Assembly: GCA_050575255.1 (NCBI GenBank)
Contig: JBNZDD010013692.1
Location: forward strand, 3,535,379-3,599,378
Source: Harriotta raleighana
Lineage: Eukaryota
Direction of reading: 5' to 3'
Length of the DNA stretch: 64,000 nt
Below the pieces are notes generated by a model. It saw nothing but the letters and a program-made list of their open reading frames with translations, did not search any database and was not told where the DNA came from. Position numbers and translations under genes: made by a program. Positions 46,300 to 57,490 of this stretch are shown piece after piece. Each line of letters starts with the position of its first letter. Position 1 is the stretch's first letter.

Positions 46300-48680
46300 A
46301 ATTCTCATACAAACTCAAAATTTAAGGCAATGATCTAATGGTTAAAACTGGAACCAGTAGATATTTCAGGCTTCAGCTGGTGTCAAACAACTTGAGGGGG
46401 AAAAATCTTACAAAGTTAAAAAAGCTGCCCGGTTTCCAGTTGGAAACTGATTGAATCATCTGGACCTTCACAAGAAACCTGAGTTTGAAGTTTTACTGCA
46501 AACAGGGCTTCAGAGAGTCTGTGTGGGTGATTGCTTGGCCAGTGATGTGTGAATGAGTTTGGTATCAACATGTGCAAATACATTTCACACAGGGCATTGG
46601 CTGCATTACCGCAGATAATAGAATGTGTTTGGGGAGATCAGGTAACAATCTTTTATATCTTTTCCATCTGAGTTCCAGGTTACTGAGATTACATTTCTTC
46701 CAAACTATATTGCTCCACGAAAAGTCCTTCGTGAAAAATGACCCAGACTTGAGGCAGGTGTTGTTTGAATTTTGGTTCTGTGTTTCAAATACTGATGCTG
46801 GAGCCTCATGCTGATAAATGTTTGCTGGCTAAATACCATGCCGAAATCTGTCGGGACACAATTAGAGTTGCGCTATAAAGAGTAAAAGGCTTTAAAATGA
46901 GTGAAAACTTATTGGCTGATTGACGGTTCCTGGCTGTGCCCTGAGAGGACGTAAGACAGATCCGGAACATCTGCAGAATCACTCAGATCGTCCCCAAGTT
47001 CAAAGGATGGCATTTGACCAGGTTGAGCTCGTTCCTGTAACTCATTTGTCATGAAGTATCAGGAATGCATGCTTAAAAGAGGGCACTGTCGCCCCGCTGG
47101 GAACCGTGGGGAGTGCAAACCCGATAGACAGAGCCTGAAAGAACCTAGGTTGTTGCCATTGGTGACAGCACTTCCGCAGAAAGTGTGCTGCAATCTCTTC
47201 AATAGCAGCAGGCCGACCGAGGTAAAGAAGTGCCGTGGTCTCTGTGAAGTTCGCTCTATGAGGTCGGCGCCATTTATACCCTTTGCGAGAGCATGTCCTC
47301 ATGTAACAACACTGGGGGCACCTCTAAAACTGCCTCAATGAGTTTCCACACTGCTTCGTTCTGCCCTTCAGTGTCACAAACTGAATCTCACCAACATTAA
47401 CTCCCTCTATCTGGCCATCCTTGTCCAGGGTACCTGGATCTGTTCGCTGACCCCCTTCCCAAAGTTTGGGAGGACACACAGCACAATAAGAAACCAACAA
47501 ACACACCCTATTCTCTCCAGTCTATCAAGCGGTTTACACTTTCTGCCGTGGCCAGAAATAGGCCAAGTCTTGAGTGGTAATTTTTAATAACGATTTTCTA
47601 ATTGCTTTGTGTTTGATCTCACCATCAAGTAAGTGCTGGGGACTGAATATTTTCACATATTTAGTACCCAGTGTCAGCATCCAGCCTCTCAGGTCACACA
47701 CACAGCAAGCAGCATACAACACCTCCCTGCCTTTTATAAATATGCGAAACCACAAGCTCAGACCAGCAACACTCCAAGGCACCAGGATACATTTCTATTC
47801 CCATCTGGCCATGCCTGCGGTCTCTTCTGAGTGAAAATTGCAATTCAATGTTCATTATAAGTCCTAACTTGAGCCAACTCTGTAATGATGGTCCGTGCCC
47901 AGCGAGAACCAGATCAAGGGTGCCCAAGCTTTACTTCATCTCATTTCAGATCCTTATACACCTGGGAGAAAGTGGAGACTCTCATCCAAATAATCCAGGC
48001 CTCATTCAAACCCGACTGTCAGAGGGAACAGTGAATGGTCAACCTTACTACTGCACCACCCAGTTCTTGTTTACTCGTTTATGTAGCCCAATGAAGCCCT
48101 TCATCAAAGCTGTGGCTCAACTGGATACTAACCAAGTTGGGTCTCAAGACTGCCTATCACTTTGGCTGCTTTGCCTCGCTATTGGCAGCGGGTCTGGTGA
48201 GTTGTCAGTATGGCTGTTGGATTCATTTGTAATGAGCCAGCAGGCGTGGATGCTCGGCTTGGAAAGAAAGACACATCTTGAATCTTTTTGCAATCGTGGC
48301 AAGCACATCCATCAGGCCGCCAAAGAGCAGCCTGTAGAGTAGCAATGGAGATGCTTATCGTCCATACCTCTCAGCTGGATGAGTCGTCCTAAATCAAAGG
48401 GGCTCTGACATCATGGAAAATAATCCAGCAATTTTAGTTTCAGCCAAAGTACATTGATTTGAACAGTGCCTGAAGATATCATTGCATCATTCACACATGG
48501 CAGTTTATCTTTAAAATAATAGAGATGGCTCCGGCTGTTTATCTACCCCAAGCCCTTTGTTTACCAATTGGTTTTTGATGTACAAGCTGCTGCTTTAATA
48601 AAGGAGACAGAATTAGCAAATTAAAGTATTATCTTAACCATTTGTTTAGACTCCTCCTGGTACAAAAAAACACAATTATA

Positions 48681-48860
48681 AAAATTGGTCATTTCAATCC
48701 ATGACTGTTTGTGGGACACTGCTGTGCGCAATTGGCTGCCGCATTTCACCTACAAATATACAGTCAGTTCACTTTACAGTATATTCTGTGAAGCACTTTG
48801 AGACGTCAATAAGATGTGAAAAGCACTATATCAAATGCAAGGATTATTCTTATTATTATT
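48681..48860 (+). mobile_element. SINE family A 3' half, low divergence
   Basis: AATTGGTCATTTCAATCCATGACTGTTTGTGGGACACTGCTGTGCGCAATTGGCTGCCGC...(TAT)n. Confidence 0.9.
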
Positions 48861-48891
48861 ACAAGTACAGTCCAAACTCTGAATACTCTAG

Positions 48892-49135
48892 CTGGACTTC
48901 CTCAGTAGCTCAGCTCAGCAAATTAATGCAGTGGGCAGCTGAGCCTTAGAGACCCTAGGAAGGTCCCAAGTTCAATTCTCTGGTCTGCCTTGAACTCAAT
49001 GATCTCAGCCTGTGGAGGCATGGGGTGCACTATACAGGCCTGCGGAAGAAAAAATCTGCCAGGTTCCTGCCTTGCTCACAAGTCACTGACCTCGGGCAGT
49101 GTATGCATGTGGACAGAAACAGGCTTGGCAATGAG
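48892..49135 (+). mobile_element. AmnSINE2-like SINE 5' half
   Basis: GTAGCTCAG...GCTGAGCC...AGGAAGGTCCCAAGTTCAATTCTCTGGTCTG...TGATCTCAGCC...AAAAATCTGCCAGG. Confidence 0.65.
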
Positions 49136-50945
49136 AATTCAATAAACATCCAAAAAAGACTTTGCTTAGATGGAAACGGATATGATTTAAGGAAGTATTA
49201 CGAGATTATGAGCAAGTATTTGCTGTTTCAATCTGATAAAAACTTTTTTTTGCTAGTGAAAGAGTTAACAGGTGCGACAGTGGTGCAGACACAAACCACT
49301 GATCAAAAGGACACTGGGAAGACAAGAGTGAGATCGCATGTGGAACCCAGCTGTTCCAGCTTCCCCAGCAATAAGGCGTATAATCTGGGCAAGCTGTACA
49401 TAGAGGTAATGCAATTATAACACTAAGCAGCGCAGCCTAAACAGGACTAAATGCAGTGACTGACATAAGAAGCTAGTTTATTTTTTCCTACCCTTTCTTT
49501 GGCTATCTATTCATCAGATACACAATTAAGTATACGATATTGTTCTGGAATCTGTCTACTTGCCTCACTCTGAAGACTTGATGGACAACCCCCATGTCAT
49601 GGGACAATAACCATGGCTACTAATACATTCTCACCATTATCAATTGGGAGTCGCTTTTAAAAGAAGAGCAGGCAAGTTATTTCAGTCGAGTCCATCCTCT
49701 CTCATGACAAACTGTCCCATCTAAAGAGCACATTGAGTGCAGACCCCGACAGTGGATCTTTGATCTTTCCGCATTCAAACAGGAATCCCTTGCTTTATCA
49801 TTGCCCAGCTGCCATCCACGGCTGGCTTCCTGAGCAAATACCCCAAGTCCAGTCACACTGGAGAGCATGCTATCTGCCTCATGCAGAACCGACAACCCCA
49901 GGGGATTTAATCCCTCTCTGTTTCCCACCTAATGACTTCAAAGAGTGGGAGAAAAGTGGAACGTTTAGGAATCAGTGGATAAACATAATGGCAAAAGACA
50001 AGTATGAGTTTATGCAATGGACACCTCTTGCCACAGTGGTCAGAAGGCTTTGTTGCATCAACTCAGTAGCTCTCTTCCTGCTGGTTCCCAAAGGAGAATA
50101 AGTCCCAAATAGACAGAAGAGACTCATTTTATTCTCCTATAATAGAAGCCATCATTTTTGATGGGGAGCTTGTGATTGTTTGGGACTTTGCATTCTTAGC
50201 AATAGCTCTGACAAGTCTACCAAGGGTATTTATGTGATATGTTATTAATGTATAAAGAATCTGACAGTTTACATAAGGGATGTGACCTCATGACTGCAAC
50301 CCCTGGCTCTCCAATTTTCCAGATAGAAGCAGATTAGTCTCGAGCTTTCATCCTTTAGCAGGAGGGAGGCTTTTTTTCTCTTCTCCTCCAGCAAAGCTGG
50401 TGAAAAAGTGATCCCAGTGACTGGGCAATGCACACAAAAGCCGGCTTCACAAAATGCCTCCTAAAGTCTATCCTTCACAAAGGCCTCTTAAAAAAAAACA
50501 ACAAAAAAGTTAATCTTGAAATGAAAGGGCAACGATAGAATTCAATTCAATGCTTTCCTGGAAGTTATATCGAAATTGTTCCCCGATACCCCTTCCTTTG
50601 CCCTCAAACGAAAGGTGTGAAACTATTTTGCAATTATCCCCCAAATGTACCTGAAAGAGAATAGCTTGAGAACTCGCTCGTAAATCCTCTCAGAAAAGGA
50701 AATGGTAATGGAAAGACATGGGTGGCTAATCAAAGGGGTCCAAAAGGTGAACACACGCTGTGTGAGTGCATTCCCCACTTTTCCCAAAATCATAAACTGA
50801 ATAATCAGATTAGAAGCGAGAAGAAGAAAAAAAGATGGAGGGCATCCGCTCACTCTCTGACTGGTAAAAAAAGTCACCATTAAGAGCCCACATATTTTCC
50901 TGCCTCCCCATCGCAAGCTATTACCTCATCATTTACTTTGTTTGC

Positions 50946-50959
50946 ATTGCTATGGTAAC
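50946..50959. promoter_or_regulatory. RFX X-box-like palindrome
   Basis: ATTGCTATGGTAAC vs consensus GTTGCYATGGYAAC, inside a repeat-poor block. Confidence 0.35.
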
Positions 50960-51756
50960 TGATTCCAGAGGAAAGCTATCTATCTCCCTGTATCGGTCTC
51001 CTTCCATTTCCTCTCATGGTACATACCTTAAACATGCACACGCAACACGTCTAACACAGTTGTAAGTGCTTCTTTGTTTCTATTCTACTTTTTTTTAAAG
51101 TAAAAAATAAAATGTTAAGCACCGACCGGCAAAATGTTCCGTGTTCTGTGGAACTGTTCCATTCATAAGAATTACTGTTAAAAGCATTAAATCTTGAGAC
51201 TAGCATGAACGTGTGTGCGACAATTGATAAAAGGGCACTTCAATCCACCCTGGCAAGGCAAAATGGAAAGCATTACATTCTGACCTGCAGCCGCTCACAG
51301 GTATGTTTCTTTCAGAGATTTAGCCAAGTATCTGAAAATAATCTTGGTTCGAGTCACTGATTTTTAACAACCACAAAGCTAAAAAAAAAAATCGCCTTTG
51401 TTTCAGAGCTGGGACTCATGTCAAGACTGTGTGTTTGCCAGGGACCATGTCCAAATGGAATTGCCTGTGCATTGATGTGCTTAAGTAAGGCAGGGAGATT
51501 ATTACAGCATGTTAGCGACCTTGGTCACTACATGCATATTGCAATGTTGGTAGCAGTACATTAGCAAACAAGATCGGGGCTGAGGATCAGAGCACTGGGG
51601 TCAGTGTCTGACACAATCCTACACTGAATGTGACTTACTCTGCTTAAGGTCACAGAATCACAGAAACGATAGCAAGGAGGAGGGAGGCCATTGAGCCTGT
51701 ACTCATTCTAACCCCTCCAACAGAAGGAACTGGTCAAACCACAATTAGAGAAGCGA

Positions 51757-51930
51757 GTTTCTCCCAGTGTTCCAGCCACTGGGAGAAATCGCCCAGACAA
51801 AACGTTCATTCGTTTTATGGCTGTTTGTAAGACATAACTGTATGCAAATTGTCTGCTGCATTTTCCTAAATACACACTCACTACACATTACACTACACCT
51901 AAAGTGCTTCTTTGAGACAGCTGCAAATGT
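51757..51930 (+). mobile_element. DeuSINE 3' half
   Basis: GTTTCTCCCAGTGTTCCAGCC...ATGGCTGTTTGTAAGAC...GCAAATTGTCTGCTGC. Confidence 0.6.
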
Positions 51931-52059
51931 GAACCTTTATTAGTATTTGTATTAACTGTAGTGCATTTTTAAATGTGTAACTGTTTTTTTCTTGCCTCCT
52001 CTTTTCCTTCCCTCACCTTCATTGCTTTGAAATCAATATTCGTCCAATTCCAGTTCATT

Positions 52060-52310
52060 CTTTCCAACACCTTAAACTGTGTTACTCCTTATCCTTCCCT
52101 TTACCACAATTTAAAGACATTTAAAATCCGAAACTGGTGTCTCCGAAGCACTGCTTTCTCCATGATTCGCAACCTCTCTCCTTACTCTTTATCATCCTTG
52201 GAGGTGTCCTATATTAGGTTTTTTTTTAAAAAAGTGATTGCATTGGTAGAATGTGTATTGGGACATCTTCCTAACATGAAAGCCATTATACAAATATAAT
52301 TCTGTTGTTG
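52060..52310 (+). mobile_element. L2 LINE 3' UTR fragment
   Basis: Ends TTGGGACATCTTCCTAACATGAAAGCCATTATACAAATATAATTCTGTTGTTG, the L2 terminus seen at 9220. Confidence 0.55.
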
Positions 52311-52784
52311 TAGAATCTTACTAACATATTAGTCAATCGAGACTCACAAAAAAAACTGGACGGAAGCTGCTTAAACCTATGGCATGCCTGACCCTTAAAA
52401 GTTAGCAAAGGGGGAAAATGTTCATCCCATCCGCCTGGGCTAGATTCATGATCGCACTGTAAACCTGATTGCAAGATTACTCAAGCACTTTCTTGTCGAA
52501 GTTTCAAATCTCCCTCTCTGAACATTTATATCTATATATATAATCCAGTCCATCTTGGCCCAGATATCATTTATTTATGTTACTTGGGTTTATTTAGTGC
52601 TGCTCTGGCCACTGTCCCAGTGAGGCGCCTGTTAGTTGAGTAACTAAAACAGAATGGTTTCCCCAAGCTCTACACCAGAGACCATTAGTTCCCACAGCAT
52701 GTCATGGGGTCACTGATGTAATGTCTCAGTTTGGTCGGTGCAATATTCTGGGGTCACCACTGGGCCAGAGTTCTAAGGAAACTA

Positions 52785-53208
52785 CAGTAAAACCCTGTTT
52801 ATCTGGCACCCACGGGCCAGTGGCGGTTAAACTGTTTTCCGGTTATATTCCGAATATATTTTGTAAAAATTAAAAATTATTTTTACACATACAGTATTAA
52901 TAATAGACTAAATAACATAATATTGTTTTGGTACTTTATTATTTATACTTAACTTTGCAATGGCAGCCCTCACCCGACGAAGGTAAAAAAAAACACGGGT
53001 TTTAAAAGGAGCAGGAGCGAGTTTAGACTCGACTAGCGGCCAGCCGGAATACCTGCACCAGAACTCGCATGCGACAACTGATTCATTAAATGCATCATCA
53101 CTATTCTGATGGATAACTTCTGGTTTATCAAATCAGGACTTTTTTTTTGAGGTTCCGGTTCAACGTGGTTTCCGGTTCATCGAGTCACGGATAAATGGAG
53201 TTTTACTG
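52785..53208. mobile_element. Tc1/mariner (Tigger/pogo-type) MITE, same family as 3622-4461 in opposite orientation
   Basis: TA|CAGTAAAACCCTGTTTATCTGGCACCC ... GGATAAATGGAGTTTTACTG|TA. Left end matches the reverse complement of the right end of the 3622 element. Confidence 0.85.
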
Positions 53209-53757
53209 TATAAGAAACACCTGGGTTCGACTGCAAAATGGCCAGAATTCTGTTCCAGCAGTTTTAGGCAGTTCGTACATATAAACCAGTTCAAGACAGG
53301 AGCAAATATTCTGAGTTTGCCTCTGTATAAGTAATTGTACTAACATCTAAACCGGTTCAAAACTTGAGCAAAGCTGCTTCCAGCTTCAGTGCATTTACAC
53401 ACACCTAAAATCTGGTCAAGGCTGGAGCAAATAGTGGCACCCAGCTTGGGTTCTGCCCATGACACTACCTATGACATTCTGCTGCAATTGGTAAGCGTGG
53501 TGCTAAATTAGTAACTGGTAGTAGATGAGCTGGTGCAACTGACCCAAGTATCCAGAACCTGCGGTGGAAACGCAAGAGGCACAGTTCACTGGTCCCACCC
53601 AGGCTCAGAATAAACAGGGTTTGAAGCCATTCTCAAGGAGGACTGACAGGAGGCGAAGACGGATTAGGCCTCATCCAGAATTAGATGCAAAGGCAGTTCA
53701 GTCAAAATTGTTTCTGGCCACCTGCTGGCTGGGAAATAAGTGAAAAGTAGCACTTAC

Positions 53758-53945
53758 TCATTTACAGGGATTCCTCTCTGCGTATTCAGAAAATAAACAA
53801 CTTGCTGGGAGATAAATTGGCTCCCAGTCACCAGGCCAGCAGCAGCAGCAGCAGGATCTACGGTGCCAAAGAGCAGCAGGCAACCGCCAAGGAAAAGAAA
53901 GCCAAATGAAAGCCAGACAACCGCTTCAGCCAGACAATGCAGCAT
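53758..53945 (-). CDS. Candidate first coding exon with signal-peptide/transmembrane-like N-terminus
   Basis: MLHCLAEAVVWLSFGFLFLGGCLLLFGTVDPAAAAAGLVTGSQFISQQVVYFLNTQRGIPVN followed by GA|GTAAGT (phase 2). In-frame TAA just upstream of the ATG. Hydrophobic core plus poly-Ala. Repeat-poor, pyrimidine-tract-rich upstream region. Confidence 0.55.
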
Positions 53946-54520
53946 GTGTTAGGGGAAAGGGAGCACTCGCAATGAGCTTTTTCCTTAGCTGCTGGGCCAA
54001 GATAGTCCTAAAAAAAAGATCGGGATGAAAATTTACACCAGTAATGTGCGTGAAGGCAACAGAAGGATGTCTTAATTATTTAGAAGTCAGTCCAAGGGCC
54101 GAATGAACCACACTGATGTGCCCTGACTAGTATCCAGAACACGAACATCTCTGTTTATTATTGAGATGCTCCCTCTCTTCAGAATCCTCCTATATCTCTC
54201 TCTCCTGCCTTCCCTCCTCCACTCTCTTTTATAATCCAGAGTTTCCTCAGTTCAAATTGGTTTATAGATGATTCTTTTGTTGGTTGCTCTCACTTTTCTA
54301 AGTTGCCCAGTCACTTGGAGCTCTCACCCCAAATAAATATTAGCAAAAGAATACCATCTATTTGACTCCGTTCCCGCTGTGTCTGAATGAGCTAAACACT
54401 GGCATGAACCCCAGATGGACTGAGCTGTGCGGGAGAATGGAAAAGCTACAGCGAAGAAGAAAAGTTCACAGAACAACAGAAAAAACATTGAACCCAGAAA
54501 TAGGGACGATGATAGCGACA

Positions 54521-54620
54521 GGGGTGGGGGGGGGGGGAGAGAGAGGAAGAGTGAGAGAGGGGAAGAGAGGCAAAGTCAGAAAGAGAGAGCGAGCGGAAGA
54601 GAGGCAAAGTCAGAAAGAGA
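54521..54620. repeat. Poly-G and GA-rich tract with 34 bp tandem duplication
   Basis: GGAAGAGAGGCAAAGTCAGAAAGAGA occurs twice. Confidence 0.85.
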
Positions 54621-55697
54621 CAGCAAGCTTGAAGGAAACAAGTCTTTAATTCTCCCTTTGCTCAGCTTCTGGCTAAACTATGCCAAAAACGTCCAAGGTA
54701 GGAAATTTTACCCATTAAAGCTTTCGGGATCTATGAGCTGCCCTTTGCTCTTTTCTAATTTGTTACAGACAGTTGCTTGTTTTCATTTCAAAGGCTGGTC
54801 AGAGCCATTCTATTCCAGTCTTGTTTATTGTTTGCATTGGTGATTGCCATTAATCCCGCAAGAGGGTGAAAGGATTCTTGTCCAAAATGATTCCTTACAG
54901 CCAGACATTTAGTACTTGTTTGATTTGGACATTCTCAATATTTTAACCAGAGAAGTGATCTGAGAGCCAAATTGAGTGTGTTTTCATGTACCTTTTTAAA
55001 GTTTAGAAACAGAATATAAATCAATTTAATTTTTCATCTGTTCCCCACCACCTAACCACCAAACTTCCTTACTACACTTCATAACTTCTCAAAAGCAATC
55101 ACAAGTTAACACAATTAACGCCTTGTCAACCAATATGTTTATTGGAAGCAAACAGTGGGCTGGGAATTCCAGTCTTTGTCCAGTGAGGGCAGGTGGTCAT
55201 TTTAAGCAGTTTCTGATGAGAAATGCCATTGATTCATCGAAAGAAACTCCTAATTCAATTCAAATGAACTGCTGATCAGATAATTGCTCCCAACAAGATT
55301 GAAAGCGACGGTCTCTTCAAGACGTAAAACATAATGGCTGCTCGACAGAATCCAGCATAGCTCTAGACTGCAGGCATCTGCATGCACCTCTCAATAGTGC
55401 ATGTTTGAAGAGATCAATCTGGGAACGTTTCACATGAAAAACTGTGCTGTTTTTAATCTCTTCAAATACCTAATTGAAATACCTCAGCAGAATTAGTCTC
55501 TCACTGTGATCGACAGCCGTTTGCTTTGCTAGGAGTAAAACAAAATCTACTCAGACAGTGTATTATAAACTTTTTTTTCTACCCACTTTTTGAAGAATTT
55601 TCAGTTCTTCTAGGAAATCTTGAGATATGTTTGACCTGCTAAACATTTGCAGTTTACAAATACAATGCTTCTTGCCGCTCACAAGATCAGAAGAGGT

Positions 55698-56010
55698 TTA
55701 ATAATAATAATTCTTACATGTGATATAACGCTTTTTACATCTTCTAGGCATCTCAAACCATTTCACAGAATATACTGTAAATTGAATTGACTGTATGTTT
55801 GGGGACAAAATGCAGCAGCCAATTGTGCACAGCAATGCTCCACAAAGAGTCAGTGAAATGACCAATTTATTATTGCTTTTTTTTCTTGAGGGATTATTAT
55901 CAGGTGTGTGGAGTAAGGAAACTTGCCCAAGGTTTTGCCCTGTCGAGAATTGAATCCAGGTCCCTCGCTTGTGAGGCAAATGCTCTAAACACTGAGCTAC
56001 ACGACTCCAC
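55698..56010 (-). mobile_element. SINE family A, full length
   Basis: (TAA)n tail through GAGTAAGGAAACTTGCCCAAGG to head TGCTCTAAACACTGAGCTACACGACTCCAC. Confidence 0.9.
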
Positions 56011-56130
56011 ATTTGGCCCATTTGATCCCACCCTTCCAGATTACCTACCCTATCATCCTCCCATCACAGCACTAAGGCTATTTTTTAAATGAGTCCAGTG
56101 TCCAAGCTTCAATCATCCTTCCTGGTATCT
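56011..56130 (-). mobile_element. CR1 3' fragment, degenerate
   Basis: ATTTGGCCCATTTGATCC...TTTTTAAATGAGTCCAGTGTCCAAGCTTCAATCATCCTTCCTGGTA. Confidence 0.5.
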
Positions 56131-56261
56131 TCATCCCATATATCACGTAGACTAAATAGCTGTCTGTGGACTTTGGCTCACAAGGTTGTCAGGAATGATG
56201 TTGAAAGAATCCTGAGCTAACATGAATGGGCACCCAACTCCTTCCAAGGTATCTGTCAATG

Positions 56262-56469
56262 TTAATGACTACATGTCACTATTTAAAAGGAGTTTCTCTC
56301 AACGCCCTAGCTAACAACCCAGAGATAAAATTGTTTACTCGCGTCATGGCTCTTTGTGAGACACTGTGATTGTGTGAAATTGTCATTCCCTTTATAATAT
56401 ATCATATGAAGTGCTTTGAGATATCCTCCTGATGTGAAAGGTGTTATACAAATCTAAGGAATATTATTT
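56262..56469 (+). mobile_element. DeuSINE 3' half
   Basis: CATGTCACTATTTAAAAGGAGTTTCTC...GAAGTGCTTTGAGATATCCTCCTGATGTGAAAGGTG. Confidence 0.65.
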
Positions 56470-57121
56470 GTAAATTTTTATGCAAAAAATAGAAAAAAAA
56501 CTGGGATTAGATTTTGGAGAAAAGTAAAACGCATATTTGATGGGCTGAATGATTTGTTTCTGTGTTATGACATTGTACGATAATATGACTAGATTCCCAG
56601 CAGGTAGAACAATACCTCTGTTGTTGTTTGGAGTGGGGAGAAGGTGGATTAAGGTGCCTCTGGCATTAAGGTGCCTTCAATTGAGAACTGGAAAGATTCC
56701 CTTGTCATTGGACCCTCAATCAGAAGGCATGTGAATCACCTGTATGCAACCAGCACAGTGTAAATCGAGCCTCTTGTTAGATATCGCTGCCTGAGGCCGC
56801 TTTGCTTACTTAATCCTATCTTGAGTTTTCTTGCAGAAGAAAGTATACGACCATCTCATACAGTAGCAACGAACCGAAAGTCCAGGCCTATAGAAACTGA
56901 GCAAGACAATTGTGAAGAGTGCTGAGCAGCATTGGGCTCATGCCTGAGCTCTCAATGCACAACGGGATCACAGAAAAAGGATGCCATTTGTTTGTCACAA
57001 GCTACAGGGTTGAACGGAGGCTGACTATATTACTGTTGTACGTATAATTTCAGCCTTTACCATCTGAAACACAGACCAATATACCCATATCTAAGGAAAT
57101 TATTATTTAATCCCATTCTCC

Positions 57122-57490
57122 TCTTTTTCCCTCCTTTCCTGAAAGGTTGAACAGATGATCGGGTGTGTTTCCTCGGGTAACCCCACCCACCCCCTCACCA
57201 AAACAACCATTCTTGAATGTGAGCCCAACAATATTCCTCAGTGTCCCAACTTAATCCCCAACAGCCGTGCAGGCTCACCTTCCAGCAGAGATCTTTGATA
57301 TAATCAAGAGTGAGAATTCTGGGTGATTACCCCCCCCCCAAAAAAAAAGATCCATTCACGTCAATTGTAGCACTCTGTGAGAACCCTGGCTGAGATCAGC
57401 TAACTTGGCAGTGGTCAGAAATCTGATTTGGAATTGTGCATGTCTGTAAGGCTATCACGATTGGCATCTCTTTCATCACCTGAGGCATCA
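57122..57490 (-). mobile_element. AmnSINE2-like SINE
   Basis: GGCTGAGATCAGCTAACTTGGCA, CAATTGTAGCAC, TTCCAGCAG, CCATTCTTGAATGTGAGCC and CTCCTTTCCTGAAAGG in reverse consensus order. Confidence 0.65.

Noticed and set aside
47848-48342. 164 aa ORF
   Set aside because: Overlaps a decayed reverse tRNA-like SINE head near 48000-48065; no recognisable protein features
53282-53433. CRISPR-like spaced repeats
   Set aside because: Only three degenerate units, vertebrate context, no cas genes; better explained as transposon sub-repeats
53758-53945. Assigning a gene name (for example a CACNA2D-type exon 1, from the IPxxx phase-2 ending)
   Set aside because: The resemblance is only a few residues and I found no matching exon 2 in the window
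54362-54843. Arg/Glu/Gly-rich ORFs
   Set aside because: Translations of a GA-rich low-complexity tract
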